DNA of 64,000 nucleotides from a virus, in the IMG/VR virus record IMGVR_UViG_3300037541_000804, positions 1-64,000 of that record; one strand, written 5' to 3'. Both the position numbers and the translations under genes were made by a program. This document shows, one piece after another, positions 18,047-27,887 of the stretch. Under the pieces are notes generated by a model. The model ran no database searches. It was not told the origin of the DNA and was given only the letters and a program-made list of their open reading frames with translations. How positions within the stretch are numbered: the first letter of the stretch is position 1; the number at the start of each line of letters is the position of its first letter.

Positions 18047-19201
18047 ATGGCCACAATCAAAAAAATCCTAGAACCCGCCCCAAAAGAAGGCGCAGACGCA
18101 GCACTTAAAAAGTTCCTTAATTCAAAAGATACTGTCCACTATAACGATATTGTTCCCAAGGAAATTCCAATCTCTACTGGATCGCTAATCCTTGATAGCC
18201 AATTGAAGGTTCGTTCTGGACAGGTGATTCGCCTTGTTGGCAAGGGTGCAGAATTGGGAAAGTCGTCGCAAGCTCTTGTTTTCGCTGAAAATTACATGGA
18301 GACAATGCCGAATGCAAGAACCCTCTACGTTAAAGCGGAGGGTCGCCTATCTAAAGAACTTCAATATCGAAGTGGTCTAACATTTGTCAACACTATTGAT
18401 GAATGGGTGACTGGATCGGTTTTTGTTCTCGCATCTAATGTTGCAGATGACATTTTCGACCTAATCAAAGACCTACTAAAGAAAGCTTACGAAGCGGGCG
18501 AACACATTTGTTTCATTATTGATTCGGTGGATGGCCTCATCCTTAAAGACGATTACCAGACAAAAGGAATTGGAACAGGCGGAATGGTGGCTGGCGTTCC
18601 AAAGATTACAAAACTATTCTTTAGACACTGCGCCTTGCCAATTAATCACTATGATTCTTTATGCTTAATGACGGGCCAATATGCGGCCCAAATTAGTATC
18701 GAAAGAGGCCCATCTGCGCCCAACCAAGGAAGCTCCTCTGGCGGCTCATCCCAACAACATCAAGCAGATTATGTTCTTGATTACCAAGGAATCCGACAAG
18801 GAGATTTAATTCTTGAAGACCAAAACAATAAAACTCCCGATCCTGAAAAAAATAAAATCCTCGGAAAGGTAGCTAGAATTACCCTGAGAAAATCGGCGAG
18901 CGATGTAACTGGAAATACTTTTGAAATTGCAATCCGCAAGAGTTCGGAAACGATTAGGGGGAAGAAACAAATTTGGGTCGAGAAAGAGATAGCTGATATT
19001 ATGGTATCCTACCAAATGCTTACAAAAGGTGGTAGCTGGCTTACTTTTGCTCCTGAAATCCTAGAAGAAGTTAAAGCCGCTGGTTTGGAACTGCCCGAAA
19101 AAGTTCAAGGAATCAATAACCTTTACTCCTTGATTGAAGAGAACGAGGGCGTCAAAGACTACTTCTACGCCAAGATTAAAAAAATGATTGACGTGTCATG
19201 A
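18047..19201 (+). CDS. RecA/UvsX-like recombinase
   Basis: ISTGSLILD, GKGAELGKSS, KAEG, IIDSV, SSGG, KGGSWL. Confidence 0.88.
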   Translation: MATIKKILEPAPKEGADAALKKFLNSKDTVHYNDIVPKEIPISTGSLILDSQLKVRSGQVIRLVGKGAELGKSSQALVFAENYMETMPNARTLYVKAEGRLSKELQYRSGLTFVNTIDEWVTGSVFVLASNVADDIFDLIKDLLKKAYEAGEHICFIIDSVDGLILKDDYQTKGIGTGGMVAGVPKITKLFFRHCALPINHYDSLCLMTGQYAAQISIERGPSAPNQGSSSGGSSQQHQADYVLDYQGIRQGDLILEDQNNKTPDPEKNKILGKVARITLRKSASDVTGNTFEIAIRKSSETIRGKKQIWVEKEIADIMVSYQMLTKGGSWLTFAPEILEEVKAAGLELPEKVQGINNLYSLIEENEGVKDYFYAKIKKMIDVS

Positions 19202-19611
19202 CCTTTCTTGACTTAAAAGGCCGAAAGAAGAATATAACAAATATCCGCCGTTATCTAGTTAACTGGAGTAAACCAACCCGCTCTAAGTTCCAAGACTCCG
19301 CGAAGAAGTTCTTTTATCCATATTGGAATTCGGATATTGTATTAGAGGAATGCCCTCTAGTTGGGAGTCTAATGAAATTCGACTTTGTAAACGTTTCAAA
19401 GAAAATTATCGCCGAAATTTCGGGGAGGCAACATATAGAACACGTTCCTCATTTTCACGGCAAAAATCCTGTTGGTAAATTTCTCGGCCAAATTAAAAGA
19501 GACATGAAAAAGCACGAATTCGCTGAAATGAACGACTACCAGTTGGTCGAAATTTACAGCGACAAGGAACTAACCTACGAGTTCTTTTTAGAAAAAGGAA
19601 TAGAGCTATAA
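19198..19611 (+). CDS. Vsr/DUF559-like PD-(D/E)xK endonuclease
   Basis: FDF...IAEISGRQH...FH...RDMKK. Confidence 0.7.
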   Translation: MTFLDLKGRKKNITNIRRYLVNWSKPTRSKFQDSAKKFFYPYWNSDIVLEECPLVGSLMKFDFVNVSKKIIAEISGRQHIEHVPHFHGKNPVGKFLGQIKRDMKKHEFAEMNDYQLVEIYSDKELTYEFFLEKGIEL

Positions 19612-19646
19612 GAAAGAACCCACCTGCCAACCCGTTAGTATTAGGC

Positions 19647-19886
19647 ATGGCATTCACTATTCCCCCTAGCTTTCTTGAAAAGCTCTACGAACTAACAGGC
19701 GACGGACAAAACTACAAAGGCTGCATGGTCTTTTTCACAGACGAGGATGGCTGTGTGAGACAGTATATTCGCTGTCAAAACCCTTTAACGCTTGACGCAA
19801 TGCGTAAAAAGGCCGAGACTTATCTCGTCTCTATGGACGAACAGGAATCGGTAATTGGAAGACGTGGAGATGTTGATGATGACTAA
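19647..19886 (+). CDS. hypothetical protein
   Basis: TAGTAT-N5-ATG; directly upstream of helicase. Confidence 0.7.
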   Translation: MAFTIPPSFLEKLYELTGDGQNYKGCMVFFTDEDGCVRQYIRCQNPLTLDAMRKKAETYLVSMDEQESVIGRRGDVDDD

Positions 19887-19889
19887 AAT

Positions 19890-21395
19890 ATGATATTCGA
19901 CCAAAAGCTAGAACACCATCTAATTTCGGGCCTTCTTCGGAAGCCGAATGAGTATTTGACCATCCAATCGTTTTTCTCGGAGGATGACATTTACAGCGAG
20001 GATTCGTTGTTGCGGCGAACTATTTTGTCGCTCATTCGCCAAGCAGTAGAAAAGGGCGAAGGAGAATCTGTTGACGCAATGATTATTGCTCAACGGTTGG
20101 AGGGTTTGGGAATCAAGTTTGATGAGGAGATTCCAGTCGGCCAATTTGTTGAATCCTTAGCTCTTAGGAACGTTCCAGAAGGTTCCGTGTATAAAGCGGC
20201 TGTAGAGTTGAAGAAGCTAAGTTTGCGCCGAAAACTTTTAGACGCAATGGAAAGAGCGTCAGAAAAACTTAAGAAAGCTGATCGTTCCGCCTCTCTTGTC
20301 GAGCTAGAAGAAATTGTTGATAAGGAAATCAACAGCCAAATGAACGTATTTGATAGTGGTGAAAACGCGCCGTCTAATATTTACGAAAAAATGGAAAGCG
20401 TTATTGAAGAACGCGGCAATAATCCAGTTACAGATTTTGGGATGCTTGGGCCGTTCCCAACAGTGAATAAAATCTATGGTTCTCTTGTTCGAGAAGGTAA
20501 CGTGACGGTAATTTGTGCGCGTGCGAAGGGGGGTAAAAGCACTTTAGCAATGGATTATACAACTTATGTTGCTGACAAATATGATGTTGATGTTCTTCAC
20601 TTAGATAACGGAGAAATGAGCGAGCAAGAGCTAATTTTTCGCCAAGCATCATCGCTTTCGGGAGTTCCTCTTTATCTTCTTGAAACAGGTAAATGGAGAA
20701 ATGCTGGGGAAGAAATTGTCAATAAAGTGCGTTCCGTTTGGAAGCGTATTAAAAAATTGCGTTTTTATTACTACTGCGTTGGAGGAATGCCAGCGGATGA
20801 AATGGTGGCTTTTGCCAAACGCTTCTACTACAACAAAGTTGGAAGAGGAAAAAGAATGATCATCTCTTTCGACTACCTCAAAACAACAGGTCAATTAAAC
20901 GGCAATCTTACAGAATGGCAGGTTGTTGGAGAAATCGTTGATAAATTTAAGAAGCTCATCGCTAAGGAAATTGTATTCGATAATAAACCAATGGTGAGTA
21001 TGTTCACTAGCGTTCAGAGTAATCGCTCTGGCATTGTTACGAACAAGAAAAAGGAGAATATCACAGACGACGAAAGTGTTGTCAGCTTGTCAGACCGTAT
21101 TATTCAATATTGTTCTCACATGTTTCTATTGCGAAAGAAAACAATGGACGAAATTTTAGAAGATGGCGAGCAATTCGGGACTCACAAGTTAATCTGTTTT
21201 GCTGCCCGACACCTGGGAGAAGATGTTTCTGGAGAATTGGAACCAGTAAAAATTGGTGATAAACTAGAGAAAAATTGTATTTTCCTTGAGTTTTCTAACT
21301 TTAGAATCTCTGAAAAGGGAGATTTAAGAAAGTTAGCTGGGTATAAAAATTTTCCACTAGAAGAATCAAAGACGGATGATCCAACAAGTTTTTAA
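19890..21395 (+). CDS. dnaB: DnaB-like replicative helicase
   Basis: ARAKGGKST Walker A, GEM, FDYLK, VQSNR, SDRI. Confidence 0.9.
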   Translation: MIFDQKLEHHLISGLLRKPNEYLTIQSFFSEDDIYSEDSLLRRTILSLIRQAVEKGEGESVDAMIIAQRLEGLGIKFDEEIPVGQFVESLALRNVPEGSVYKAAVELKKLSLRRKLLDAMERASEKLKKADRSASLVELEEIVDKEINSQMNVFDSGENAPSNIYEKMESVIEERGNNPVTDFGMLGPFPTVNKIYGSLVREGNVTVICARAKGGKSTLAMDYTTYVADKYDVDVLHLDNGEMSEQELIFRQASSLSGVPLYLLETGKWRNAGEEIVNKVRSVWKRIKKLRFYYYCVGGMPADEMVAFAKRFYYNKVGRGKRMIISFDYLKTTGQLNGNLTEWQVVGEIVDKFKKLIAKEIVFDNKPMVSMFTSVQSNRSGIVTNKKKENITDDESVVSLSDRIIQYCSHMFLLRKKTMDEILEDGEQFGTHKLICFAARHLGEDVSGELEPVKIGDKLEKNCIFLEFSNFRISEKGDLRKLAGYKNFPLEESKTDDPTSF

Positions 21396-22458
21396 CGAAA
21401 TAAGTCAGCTTTTAGACTCTGGACGAAGCATGCTTAGAATAAGCAAAGAACTCTCCGTTTCTTATTCAACAGTTAGAAGGGTTGCCATACAAAAAGGTTT
21501 GATCGCAAAGGGCAAAAGAAAATACAACGGCATCTATGATACTAATTTTCTGAATGAGATAAATTCTCCAGAGGCGGCAAGATTTTTGGGAATAATGGGT
21601 TCAGACGGAAATATTAATAAAAACATGGCGAGCTTATCGCTGGCTGTAGATGATATAAAGTACCTAGAAAATATAAAAAATCTAATTTGTCCAGACTTAA
21701 AATTGAAGGTCTATAAAAACCATCCCCATAAGGATGTAGCGCGAATAAATATTTGTCATAAAACAGTTAGGGATCAATTAAGAAAAAATGGCATAGTAGA
21801 GAGGAAAAGCTGCATCTATGATTTCCCAGACATTCCGAAGCGTCTTTATTCTTCATTTATTTTGGGTCTATATGAGGGAGATGGCTCTATTTCTCTATCC
21901 ACAACAAGAAATTTAGTAAGGTTTGGTCTTGTAGGGTGCCATTTAATCATTTTAAAGATAAAGGATTTCCTAGAAAAAGAGCTTAAGATAAGTCTCTGCG
22001 TCTCCTATCATAAAAACGTCAAGGAGTTTGGTTCTATATGCAGTATTGGCACAAAAAATAACCTAGATACGCTCAGGGTTTTAGATTTCTTATATTCCTC
22101 AGAAGTAGATTTCTTTATGGAGAGAAAGCTCAAAAAATTTCAAGATGCCCTTTATTTAAAAGATGGATTTGTGGAAAGAAGGGAGATTTTTAAACAAAAA
22201 CATTCCAAGACTATTAAAGAGGCTAACGATTTGAAATCAAAAGGTCGATCTATGTCTGAAATAGCCAAATTAATAAATAATGATTACGCGCATGTTAGAT
22301 ACCTGTTAAGATATAAAAGGTCTTCCATCGAAGAGGATAGTATTGCATATAGCGGAGATTCATTTATTCTCGCGGAAAAACTAAAAGAGAAATATAAAAA
22401 TTTGTTTGAAAAACATCTACCAGAGCGCTCCCATGCAAATGAACCCACAAGTTTCTAA
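21376..22458 (+). CDS. free-standing double-motif LAGLIDADG homing endonuclease with HTH domains
   Basis: FLGIMGSDGN and FILGLYEGDGS; AT-rich. Confidence 0.88.
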   Translation: MIQQVFNEISQLLDSGRSMLRISKELSVSYSTVRRVAIQKGLIAKGKRKYNGIYDTNFLNEINSPEAARFLGIMGSDGNINKNMASLSLAVDDIKYLENIKNLICPDLKLKVYKNHPHKDVARINICHKTVRDQLRKNGIVERKSCIYDFPDIPKRLYSSFILGLYEGDGSISLSTTRNLVRFGLVGCHLIILKIKDFLEKELKISLCVSYHKNVKEFGSICSIGTKNNLDTLRVLDFLYSSEVDFFMERKLKKFQDALYLKDGFVERREIFKQKHSKTIKEANDLKSKGRSMSEIAKLINNDYAHVRYLLRYKRSSIEEDSIAYSGDSFILAEKLKEKYKNLFEKHLPERSHANEPTSF

Positions 22459-22801
22459 TCACTACTATCTCTACGCCAAACCAGATGAGCTACAATCTCT
22501 TGGCGTTGAAGAATTTTACGAGACGGATGTTTCCCTGCTTTCCGCCGAATTAACAGACGAACACGTTAAAAGCCTAATCCCGCACTCAGACTATTGTTAT
22601 AAATGGTTGGAAACACCCCAACCCGAAAACAACTATCGCGGCAAAGTCAAGACTTGCCCATTTTATGACAAAATGGAAAACCTTCCCGCTCAATCAAACG
22701 GCTATTGCCACTATCTGAAAGCGGGTGACTTCACAGAAAATGGCGCACATCTTTTATTTGACATGTGCAAGGAGTGTGGTATCAATGTAGAAAATGAGTG
22801 A
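22439..22801 (+). CDS. Cys-rich hypothetical protein
   Basis: YCY, CPFY, YCHY, CKECG. Confidence 0.7.
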   Translation: MNPQVSNHYYLYAKPDELQSLGVEEFYETDVSLLSAELTDEHVKSLIPHSDYCYKWLETPQPENNYRGKVKTCPFYDKMENLPAQSNGYCHYLKAGDFTENGAHLLFDMCKECGINVENE

Positions 22802-23840
22802 CAAAAAACAATTCAAAACCTACCCCGCAGGCAAAGTCTGCGAGGTTCTTCAAACACTCAATTACCCACTACAAGACTTTGGCGCTTACGTTAGAACAAA
22901 AGCACTATATCGCGGCGGAGACTCCCCAAATACGCTTAAAGTTTGGAAAGAATCGGGCTGGTGCAAAGATTACGCGGAAGATAAAGGCTTTTCTCTCTAT
23001 GATCTTGTCGCTAAAACGTTGGGGACAACAAATCCAAAAACAATTCTAGAAATTATAAATTGCGAAAAACAAACCGCCATTTATAGCCCCCGCCCAAAAT
23101 TCCTTATGGCCAAAACTTTTGACCCCAAATGTTTGGAAAGACTTCTCCCGAATTACTCATTCTACGAGAAGAAAAAGATTTCGGCGGAAACCCAAAAACT
23201 TTACAAAATGGGCTACGCCACAACGGGCCAAATGTTTCAACGGTTGACTTTCCCCATTTTTGACGAACACGGGCAAATCGTTGGATTTTCGGGCCGACAC
23301 ATTTATTGGACAGAGGAATCCTCATCTCCTAAGTGGAAACATATTGGACGCAAAGAAACGTGGACGTATCCTTATAGTCTTTGGCTAGACAACTCAGAAA
23401 TCAAAGAGAATTTCGATTCTGCGCCCGAAATCTTTCTCGTTGAAAGTCATGGCGATAGCATGGCCTTAACTGAAAACCGCATTTATAACCACCTCATCAC
23501 TTTCGGCAAAGAAGTTTCATCAACAATATTAGCTTTTCTCGTCAAGCGTGATCCTCAATTTGTAATAGTTGTTGGTAATCGTGACGAAAATAACGAAGGT
23601 CAAATCGGCGCGGTTCGAGCTTTGATTAAACTATCCAGCGTTTTCCCCATTGACATGCTGCGAATCAAGCTCCCGACTCTGAACGACTTGGGCGAAATGC
23701 AAGAAAACGGCGAAAATCTAGTTGACTGGCAGAAAAACGGTGCTATCCTTTCTAAACCCGAAATTCTAGAAATTATAAACAAACACCGCGAAAAGTTCAA
23801 CGCTGAGAAATTGGCAAAGTTTTTGAAGAAATATGACTAA
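22794..23840 (+). CDS. DnaG-like primase (TOPRIM)
   Basis: RLTFPIFD..G.IVGFSGR, PKWK, FLVESHGD; the DxD is NRD and the N-terminal zinc ligands are largely absent. Confidence 0.85.
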   Translation: MSDKKQFKTYPAGKVCEVLQTLNYPLQDFGAYVRTKALYRGGDSPNTLKVWKESGWCKDYAEDKGFSLYDLVAKTLGTTNPKTILEIINCEKQTAIYSPRPKFLMAKTFDPKCLERLLPNYSFYEKKKISAETQKLYKMGYATTGQMFQRLTFPIFDEHGQIVGFSGRHIYWTEESSSPKWKHIGRKETWTYPYSLWLDNSEIKENFDSAPEIFLVESHGDSMALTENRIYNHLITFGKEVSSTILAFLVKRDPQFVIVVGNRDENNEGQIGAVRALIKLSSVFPIDMLRIKLPTLNDLGEMQENGENLVDWQKNGAILSKPEILEIINKHREKFNAEKLAKFLKKYD

Positions 23841-24237
23841 AGTTTTAAAATTCGGAACAAAAGAATACACCAAATTTGCCAAAAAGAAGCAAAAATCCTT
23901 TCGCGAAAAGGCATCTGAAATTGAGAGTAAAAGAAATATGACTAAGAAAAACCAATCTTGGCTAGATGAAAAGCTCCTAGAGGTAGAAAATTGGGGAACG
24001 CTTACTCTTCTTCAATTCCTAAGGGATAATTACAGTGGCCGAATGGAAGCCGAAAGAAACACCATTTTCAAATACGGCACCGAAAATTATCACGGCTCAA
24101 ACCTTGACACTCACGATAGAATGGTTGCCGCCGTAAATAGAGTTTGGGATCGAGAGTTCAGGAAAATTTATAAATGGATTGAAAAATCTAACCCAGAGTG
24201 GAAAAAAACTCATCAATTTGGAGAAAAACATGACTAA
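23833..24237 (+). CDS. hypothetical protein
   Basis: coupled ORF. Confidence 0.65.
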   Translation: MTKVLKFGTKEYTKFAKKKQKSFREKASEIESKRNMTKKNQSWLDEKLLEVENWGTLTLLQFLRDNYSGRMEAERNTIFKYGTENYHGSNLDTHDRMVAAVNRVWDREFRKIYKWIEKSNPEWKKTHQFGEKHD

Positions 24238-24691
24238 AAACAATTACCGTATTTGGGATACTCAAGATCACTTTTTCCGAAAAAGCGTTTACGAAACCGC
24301 CAAAGATTGCTATCTATTCATTGCACAGATGGGTTATGCAACCGCATTCAACTGTTATGGCGATGAGTTAAATTTTGATGATGAAAGATTCGTCATCCAA
24401 CAACACACAGGATCAACCGACTCTGCCCAAAACCCCATCTACGAAGGTGACGTTGTTCTCTGGCACGCAGAAGATCATTTTGAGGGCGGTTACTCCTATA
24501 AAAAAATGGTTGTTGGCTGGAATCAGCGGTGTATGCAATTTCGTCTTTTTGAATTTCCAAACCAAGTCGGGAAAGCTGCGGGTGAAACATTTTGGGCCGA
24601 AGATGTGAGAGTAATTGGCCACGTTTTTGATTATGAGAACGAAGAGTGTCGGTATCACTTGGATGAGTCAGTGAAAAACTTGAGGAAATAG
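24230..24691 (+). CDS. YopX-family protein
   Basis: YRIWD...QQHTG..D....IYEGD...VIG. Confidence 0.8.
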   Translation: MTKNNYRIWDTQDHFFRKSVYETAKDCYLFIAQMGYATAFNCYGDELNFDDERFVIQQHTGSTDSAQNPIYEGDVVLWHAEDHFEGGYSYKKMVVGWNQRCMQFRLFEFPNQVGKAAGETFWAEDVRVIGHVFDYENEECRYHLDESVKNLRK

Positions 24692-24693
24692 TC

Positions 24694-25029
24694 ATGAACA
24701 ATAACATCCAATTCGGATCAATAAACGTCGAAACGGGCGAATCTCAAGAGGGTTATATTGAAAACGGCCAAATGAAATTCAAACCTATGAAATGGTGGCA
24801 AAAACTCTTCTTCAAAAAACCCGAAGAAAAAGAGTTTATTGGCTCATATAAGTATGAAACAAAATTCCCATGGTCAAAGCAATGTGTGAAGCGCCAAATC
24901 GCCATGTATAAATACTTTAATCCATACACTGGTAAAATCTATAAAATAGAAGGTTCTGACGGGGAAGAAACAATTCAACTTGACGTTGGAGCTTTTCAAA
25001 ACGGCCAAATCATTCCGATTAGACAATGA
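24694..25029 (+). CDS. hypothetical protein
   Basis: 111-aa ORF in operon. Confidence 0.65.
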   Translation: MNNNIQFGSINVETGESQEGYIENGQMKFKPMKWWQKLFFKKPEEKEFIGSYKYETKFPWSKQCVKRQIAMYKYFNPYTGKIYKIEGSDGEETIQLDVGAFQNGQIIPIRQ

Positions 25030-25061
25030 ATAAAATCACCGCTTCCGTCGCTGGCATTTAA
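25026..25061 (+). pseudogene. relic 5' end (MNKITASVAGI*) of the gene at 25579
   Basis: 29/33 nt identical to 25579-25611, all differences synonymous. Confidence 0.85.
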
Positions 25062-25064
25062 AAT

Positions 25065-25235
25065 ATGATTGGCAAGATTAAAAACAAAATAATTCGCCGC
25101 GTGGTGTTAATTGTCACACTTCCAGTTACAATTCCACTATCTTTAGCGATCCTACTCTTTGATTCTGCCCCAGGAATTATCAAGGATATGGCGGGGGAAA
25201 TCTCAGAATGTTGGAGACGTAGTTCATTAGATTAA
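25065..25235 (+). CDS. small membrane protein (56 aa)
   Basis: manual translation MIGKIKNKIIRRVVLIVTLPVTIPLSLAILLF... Confidence 0.55.
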   Translation: MIGKIKNKIIRRVVLIVTLPVTIPLSLAILLFDSAPGIIKDMAGEISECWRRSSLD

Positions 25236-25239
25236 ACAT

Positions 25240-25575
25240 ATGAGCGGAAAAACCAGACCAACGAAATACGTCAATATTGATGACGACTACACCAAAAACC
25301 ATTTGCGAATCTTAATTGATTGGCTGGTTAACGAAGTCGGCTCCGCTGGCGGAGATGGGGATGCTATTTGGTATTCAGAATTTTATTGGGTCGATGACAT
25401 TCTCGCTCTCGTTCAAGAGCATAACGACAAGCAAAAATACAAGTGGCAAATCTCTTTTGACGAAGAAAAGGGCCAAATTTTTTATGGAGAACGTCAAGAG
25501 GGTCTTTTGATAACAAACAGCAAAGAAGACTTTGATAACCGCCCAAGCTGGCAACAATGTTCGGTAGTTCTTTAG
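25240..25575 (+). CDS. hypothetical protein
   Basis: 111-aa ORF. Confidence 0.7.
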   Translation: MSGKTRPTKYVNIDDDYTKNHLRILIDWLVNEVGSAGGDGDAIWYSEFYWVDDILALVQEHNDKQKYKWQISFDEEKGQIFYGERQEGLLITNSKEDFDNRPSWQQCSVVL

Positions 25576-25578
25576 CCC

Positions 25579-26757
25579 ATGAATAAAATCACCGCCTCCG
25601 TCGCAGGAATCTCTTTTGCCCTAAAAGACAATCCCGCCCTCAAATACTCCGAACTCAGAGAGGGCGAAAAACTGTCAGTTATTCCCGAACCAGAGAACGA
25701 ATATGACCCTAAAGCTATCCGCCTAGAATATAATGGTAGCAAAATTGGCTACGTTCCCCGAAAAAAAGAAGGACTAGATTTCAGCATTCAAAGCTGGTGC
25801 GCCGATCACATTGACTCGGTTTCGGCGGAAATTGACCAAACTTGGTATCGAAAAGACGGCGAAATCACTTTCGAGTATAGCGAGGGTTGTGAATTGGTTG
25901 GAGTTTACGTTCGATTCGAGATTCCAATCAAAGACGAAACCGAATTTGATGACAAAATCATCACCAAACACTCGTTCAGCGAACCAGATGTAATTGTCGA
26001 TTTCAACGAGACAAAGCACATCTACAACATGCGCTGCGAAGGTGGCGTTAAAGTTCTCAAAGGCGGGACGACTTTCATCAAGAGATTTTACGATCCATTT
26101 GATGCGCCCAAAATTGCCCGCCAGTGTTCAAAATATTGGGGAGTTTCGGCCAAAGATATTGAAGAAATGTGGGCTTCAAATGGTTCTGTCAGCGCCCTCT
26201 TAGGTACAACGGTACACTTGGCTTTGGAGCACTATATCAATTACAAAGATGTAGGCAACACCATTACCACAACTCGCAAAGCCTCTGGCAAAGACGTAGA
26301 TGGGAACTACGCAATGCCAAAACACCCTTTCCTCAAGAAAACCATTGAATCACTTAACCGTCTAACCGACAAATTGGATAAAAAATACAAAGTCCAAGAA
26401 GTTGTCGCCGAAGCTCTTGTTACAGATTCGGCCACTGGTTGGGGCGGATTAGTTGACCGTCTTGCTATTCTCGACAAAGAGCGCAAAATCGCCCGCGTGC
26501 AAGACTATAAGGTGAACATTGGCGCGGAAAAAGAAGAGTCTCATAGCAAGCCAAAACAGCCATTCTCGCACCTTCCCGCGAATAAGCTAACGAAGTATGC
26601 TTTGCAGTTGAGCTTCTACTCGTCAATCCTAAAGAAGCATGGGTGGATTATTGAGGGCTTGGATGTCTTTATCTATGAGGAACGGTGGGTTCACCATTCA
26701 CTAGATTTGATTGATTTCGCGGCATATAAGGACGAGATTCAGAAAGTGGCAAAATAA
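25579..26757 (+). CDS. HIRAN domain fused to PD-(D/E)xK (RecB/Cas4-like) exonuclease
   Basis: EPENEYDPKAI..IGYVPR; GTTVH, GLVDRL, DYK, YALQLSFY. Confidence 0.85.
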   Translation: MNKITASVAGISFALKDNPALKYSELREGEKLSVIPEPENEYDPKAIRLEYNGSKIGYVPRKKEGLDFSIQSWCADHIDSVSAEIDQTWYRKDGEITFEYSEGCELVGVYVRFEIPIKDETEFDDKIITKHSFSEPDVIVDFNETKHIYNMRCEGGVKVLKGGTTFIKRFYDPFDAPKIARQCSKYWGVSAKDIEEMWASNGSVSALLGTTVHLALEHYINYKDVGNTITTTRKASGKDVDGNYAMPKHPFLKKTIESLNRLTDKLDKKYKVQEVVAEALVTDSATGWGGLVDRLAILDKERKIARVQDYKVNIGAEKEESHSKPKQPFSHLPANKLTKYALQLSFYSSILKKHGWIIEGLDVFIYEERWVHHSLDLIDFAAYKDEIQKVAK

Positions 26758-26760
26758 TTG

Positions 26761-26789
26761 TTGACACGGTATGGTTTATGATTTAGTAT
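26761..26789 (+). promoter_or_regulatory. sigma70-type leaderless promoter
   Basis: TTGACA-N17-TAGTAT-N6-ATG. Confidence 0.8.
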
Positions 26790-26795
26790 TGAACA

Positions 26796-27131
26796 ATGAA
26801 GAAGCCTAATCCAATTTTTGTCAGCGAACGCCTAGCCAGTGTTTATCCAGACGAACTAAGACTCACTCCCGAACAAGCTTTTCAAGCATTTGGTCTTGAA
26901 TTTCGGCCAGAGTTTCAAACTATAAGGCTAGAATTTGATGTGGACGAAGGCTATAGCGGGGATGTCTATAGACTAGAACTATTTGGTGTTCGCCCCGAAA
27001 CTCCCCAAGAAACGGAAAGACGAGAACTAGAAGCGGCCAAAATCATTGCGGCACAAAACCGAGACAAACAAAAGAAAGAAGACCGAGAGAAAAAAGAACT
27101 CGCCCGACTCAAGAAAAAATACGAAAAATGA
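26796..27131 (+). CDS. hypothetical protein
   Basis: RPETPQE and C-terminal coiled coil. Confidence 0.7.
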   Translation: MKKPNPIFVSERLASVYPDELRLTPEQAFQAFGLEFRPEFQTIRLEFDVDEGYSGDVYRLELFGVRPETPQETERRELEAAKIIAAQNRDKQKKEDREKKELARLKKKYEK

Positions 27132-27886
27132 TTCTGCCGATCTTCACAAGCAACTATTCTATCGGGAAAAGTTTGATTTCTCTGGAAGACCCATCGAAAG
27201 TTTCTCCAGAAGGAAGCGATAGTCTTCTCGAAATCGCCAAGACGAATAATCTTAAACAAGTCATCCTCCTAGAATCAACGTTTATCGGCTTTAAAAAGGC
27301 TTTTGATTCTTTTCAGGCGGCAGACATTCAACTAATTTTCGGCATTCGATTCAAGATTTGCAATGATCGTCTGGCGGAAGATCGCGAAAAGACCGAACAC
27401 AAAATCTGCTTGTTCGCCAAAAATGATAACGGCTGCAAAGAGTTGATGAAACTTTACTCAGCGGCCCAAACAAAGTTCGGCGGGTTCTTGGACTATTCCC
27501 TGTTGAAGGAACGCTTGACCGACAATCTTTTGGTTGTTATTCCCTTTTATGACTCATTTATACACTGCAATTCTCTTCACGGAAAACAGTGTTTGCCTGA
27601 TTTGAGTTTCTGTCAGCCAATCTTGTGGCTGGGGGATCATGGGTTGCCGTTTGATCATATTTTGCGGCGGAAAACAGTTGATTTTGCGGCCAAAAATGGC
27701 TACGAAACTCAAGAAATTCACCACATCTATTACAAAGACCGCGCAAGCATAGACGCGATGGTTACTTATAAAATCCTAACAAATCGCCAAGGCGGGAAAG
27801 CTCAAACCTTAGACAGACCAGAGCTTTCAAATTTTTCATCGGACGAATTCTGCCTACAAGGCTATCTTGAAAAACTGGAAAAATAA
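27128..27886 (+). CDS. stand-alone PHP domain of DNA polymerase III alpha (metal ligands degenerate)
   Basis: TSNYSIGKS, LIFGI, LFAKNDNG..LMKL. Confidence 0.8.
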   Translation: MILPIFTSNYSIGKSLISLEDPSKVSPEGSDSLLEIAKTNNLKQVILLESTFIGFKKAFDSFQAADIQLIFGIRFKICNDRLAEDREKTEHKICLFAKNDNGCKELMKLYSAAQTKFGGFLDYSLLKERLTDNLLVVIPFYDSFIHCNSLHGKQCLPDLSFCQPILWLGDHGLPFDHILRRKTVDFAAKNGYETQEIHHIYYKDRASIDAMVTYKILTNRQGGKAQTLDRPELSNFSSDEFCLQGYLEKLEK

Positions 27887-27887
27887 A

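Noticed and set aside
26796-27160. PIFVS versus PIFTS at the starts of 26796 and 27128 as another terminal duplication
   Set aside because: Too short, with weak nucleotide identity.
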